A DNA stretch of 64,000 bases, from the NCBI GenBank assembly GCA_964187785.1, contig OZ076416.1, forward strand, positions 25,792,001-25,856,000. The letters are read 5' to 3'. The position numbers and the translations under genes were made by a program. The stretch's first letter is position 1. Each line of letters opens with the position of its first letter. The notes under the pieces were generated by a model. That model did not search any database and had not been told where the DNA came from. It saw nothing but the letters and a program-made list of their open reading frames with translations. This stretch comes from Amphiscolops sp. MND2022. Lineage: Eukaryota. Shown piece after piece: positions 61,729 through 64,000 of this stretch.

Positions 61729-61788
61729 CAGCCAGCGTTGCAACCAGCATTGCAACCAGCATTGCAAGCAGCATTGTAGCCAGCGTTG
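61729..61788 (+). repeat. 12-bp tandem repeat, 5 units
   Basis: CAGCCAGCGTTG, CAACCAGCATTG twice, CAAGCAGCATTG, TAGCCAGCGTTG. Confidence 0.85.
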
Positions 61789-62230
61789 CTATACCGGAGG
61801 CAATGCAAAATTGAAAATGAATAGACAAGTACCGGCGTGTACGTTATTAACACACAAAGCACGCGCAAAGCACACGAAACACCTTCTATATTTATACAAC
61901 TGAAACTAACATTGATTTGTCTCCCATGGTTTAGTGGTTATAGCATTGACTAAAGTTAAGGCTTCGGCCGGAGTGTTTGCGGTTCACTTCTAACCATTGT
62001 CCCCCAGTCTTTGTAATAACTTACATGCTATGGGAGAATAATCACCAATGGCACAGTTCTTAAAAGGGATAATCCCTGCTGTGGAAACTCTTAGTGGAAC
62101 GGATTCCCGATGGGCTTTGAGTTTACCATAGGTATGCCAATGAGCATGCCTATGGGTTTTGCATTTTTCATACATGGGAAATAATTTTAGAAATGAGTAT
62201 TCTCACACAACAATGAAAAATAACCAAAAA

Positions 62231-62656
62231 ATGAATTATTTGTCATGTCAATATCTCTCATTCAAAGAATTTGTTGAAAAATACAGACTAAAGAAACGAA
62301 GCAACTTCTAATATAAAAATAAAAAAATCCTAACACTCATGAACATAACCGAGTGTGGAATATACATGAGAGATGATAAGTTTACCACTCCTTCAAGAAT
62401 AGTTAATTTATATCCCTCAGTGGGAACACACTGGGAAATGTATACAAATAAATATTATTTCGATTCATATGGATGCCCACCTCCACTAAACATAATGAGT
62501 TTCATTAACTTTGGTTTTTATTCAGAATATCAACTTCAGAGTAATGATAGTTATTGTGCAACGTATTGTTTGTATGTGTTTCATCTAACAAATATAATTG
62601 GCTTCAAAAATGCAGTTCTAAATTTATACTACCAGGTATTCATGAATAATAAATGA
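62231..62656 (+). pseudogene. Polinton/adintovirus-like adenain-type cysteine protease, with a frameshift near 62295
   Basis: GTHW, YFDSYG.PPP, QLQ..DSYCATYCLY give the His/Asp/Gln/Cys pattern of adenain-like proteases. N-terminal LSFKEFVEKY lies in another frame from ATG 62231. Confidence 0.75.
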
Positions 62657-62892
62657 AGAAAATTAATACTTTTCAGCTCAATATAAAATTATCCAACCAC
62701 GTAAAATTAATCCAAAGCCACCAAATCCACAGAGTTTCGCACGCAGCTTCACACCAAAGTCGAATAGTATTCCGAATAAGTAAAAATTATCCAGAGATAG
62801 GCAAGAATTTATAAATAACAATTCCGCTAGTGGATCTAAACAATTTTTTTCTTAATGCGAAGCTGAGAAAAAAGGACTTTTTTTCTTAATAA

Positions 62893-63954
62893 TTGGATCT
62901 ATCAAACGTTGTAACTTATGATAAAAAAGAATCTCTTCTTTTAAATATTGCAAAATCGAATCAAGAAATTGTTGAAAATACTCATACTACACCACAAGAA
63001 ACTCTAGAAAGTAAAATGACTAAACAAAAAGAATCTTTCTCATTTGTTGTTCCTCTCAATCTAGAAGAAAAGTGGATGACGGGAGTCACAAGTTTAGAAG
63101 TATACAACACTGTATATAACATTACTGAAAAGAATAACAGACTACAATTCTTTTCAATTATAAACAACTCGATGCACTTGAACTTGACACTGGAGTAGTG
63201 CCAAAAATAAAGGATTTGTATGAAACTTATGATTTAGAAAATGATAAACTTTACTACGAATTTATAGAAAAAGCTAATATATTTTTATCTACTAGTTATA
63301 AAAAATGAAGAGACTTTTCAAAAAAAGATTTTGACTATTTAAAGCAATTAAACAGCAACATTCCCATAGCTATTCCCAACTTTGAATTTGAGAATGGGTT
63401 TATTGAAATACAGTTAGTACCAGTTGTATACGAACTGATTGAAATAAATAATGCCATTAAGCAAATAATTACTGATTCGGATTATGATTTAGTTGACAAA
63501 TCAAAACTCAAAAAAGGTCTTACAGTTTTTAGTATTGAATTCAACATAGTACCCGACACAATATCGATGAAATCAGTTTTAACAACCTCAAACCCTATTC
63601 AATTCAAGTCTGAACAAAACAAAGTCCTGGGTTTTACACTTACAGATTAACCATCCGGAACTCACACTTCTGAAAACCAGTCATTATCACAACCACGGAC
63701 AAACTTCATCTGAAGTGCGACTGTGTAGTTGGTTCAATTGTTAATGGTATACGGGAACAATTTTTATTTTCATTTAAATTAAGCGCACCTCCCGGATATA
63801 AAATTATAAAAGAACCAACCACTGTTCTGTATAAAAAATAAACAAAACACGACTGGACACCATCCAATTCTTCCTTGAAGACTCCAACCATGATAGAGTT
63901 GATTTCAACGGGGAGACATTAACATTTACGATTCAAATTATCAAGATTCAATAA
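62893..63954 (+). pseudogene. Polinton/adintovirus-like penton (minor capsid) gene, frameshifted
   Basis: W..GVTSLEVYNTVYNITEKNN at the N-terminus. HLKCDCVVGSIVNG, PPGYKI and VDFNGETLTFTIQIIKIQ* at the C-terminus. Several stops and frameshifts. Confidence 0.7.
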
Positions 63955-64000
63955 TAATAAATGAGCTTCAATAATTCAAAATAATTCATATTGTGTTGGT

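Noticed and set aside
61920-61995. tRNA gene
   Set aside because: A-box-like start only. There is no proper B box and no cloverleaf could be drawn.
59400-62000. Hammerhead ribozyme associated with the Penelope-like element
   Set aside because: No CTGANGA…GAAA core with pairing stems was found by eye on either strand. An Infernal search would be needed to exclude it fully.

Overview
Eukaryotic, probably invertebrate-animal, genomic DNA that is repeat-rich and has spliceosomal introns. Three host genes lie on the minus strand: a CD36/scavenger-receptor class B gene (5 exons, 15731 to 402, running off the left edge), the nuclear-basket protein TPR/Megator (4 exons, 31718 to 22971, about 2,465 aa by hand count) and phenylalanyl-tRNA synthetase alpha (FARSA; terminal exon 32168-32791, 5' exon present twice). 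The 13-kb CD36 intron holds a degenerate BEL/Pao LTR retrotransposon with 1,417-bp LTRs and an extra copy of its PBS and leader. The FARSA intron holds an old antisense CRE-like non-LTR element and a younger sense one. The younger element has an SGNH esterase domain in frame at its N-terminus. Two overlapping, near-identical tandem duplications (3.6 kb and 6.0 kb) join at microhomologies. The right end holds a decayed CR1/L2-like LINE, a probable decayed Penelope-like element and decayed Polinton/adintovirus-like protease and penton genes. Several MITE families occur (Merlin-like, hAT-like, pogo/Tigger-like), and one ~150-190-bp internal core is shared by elements with different inverted-repeat arms. 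Coordinates and counts were read by eye and no database search was run.
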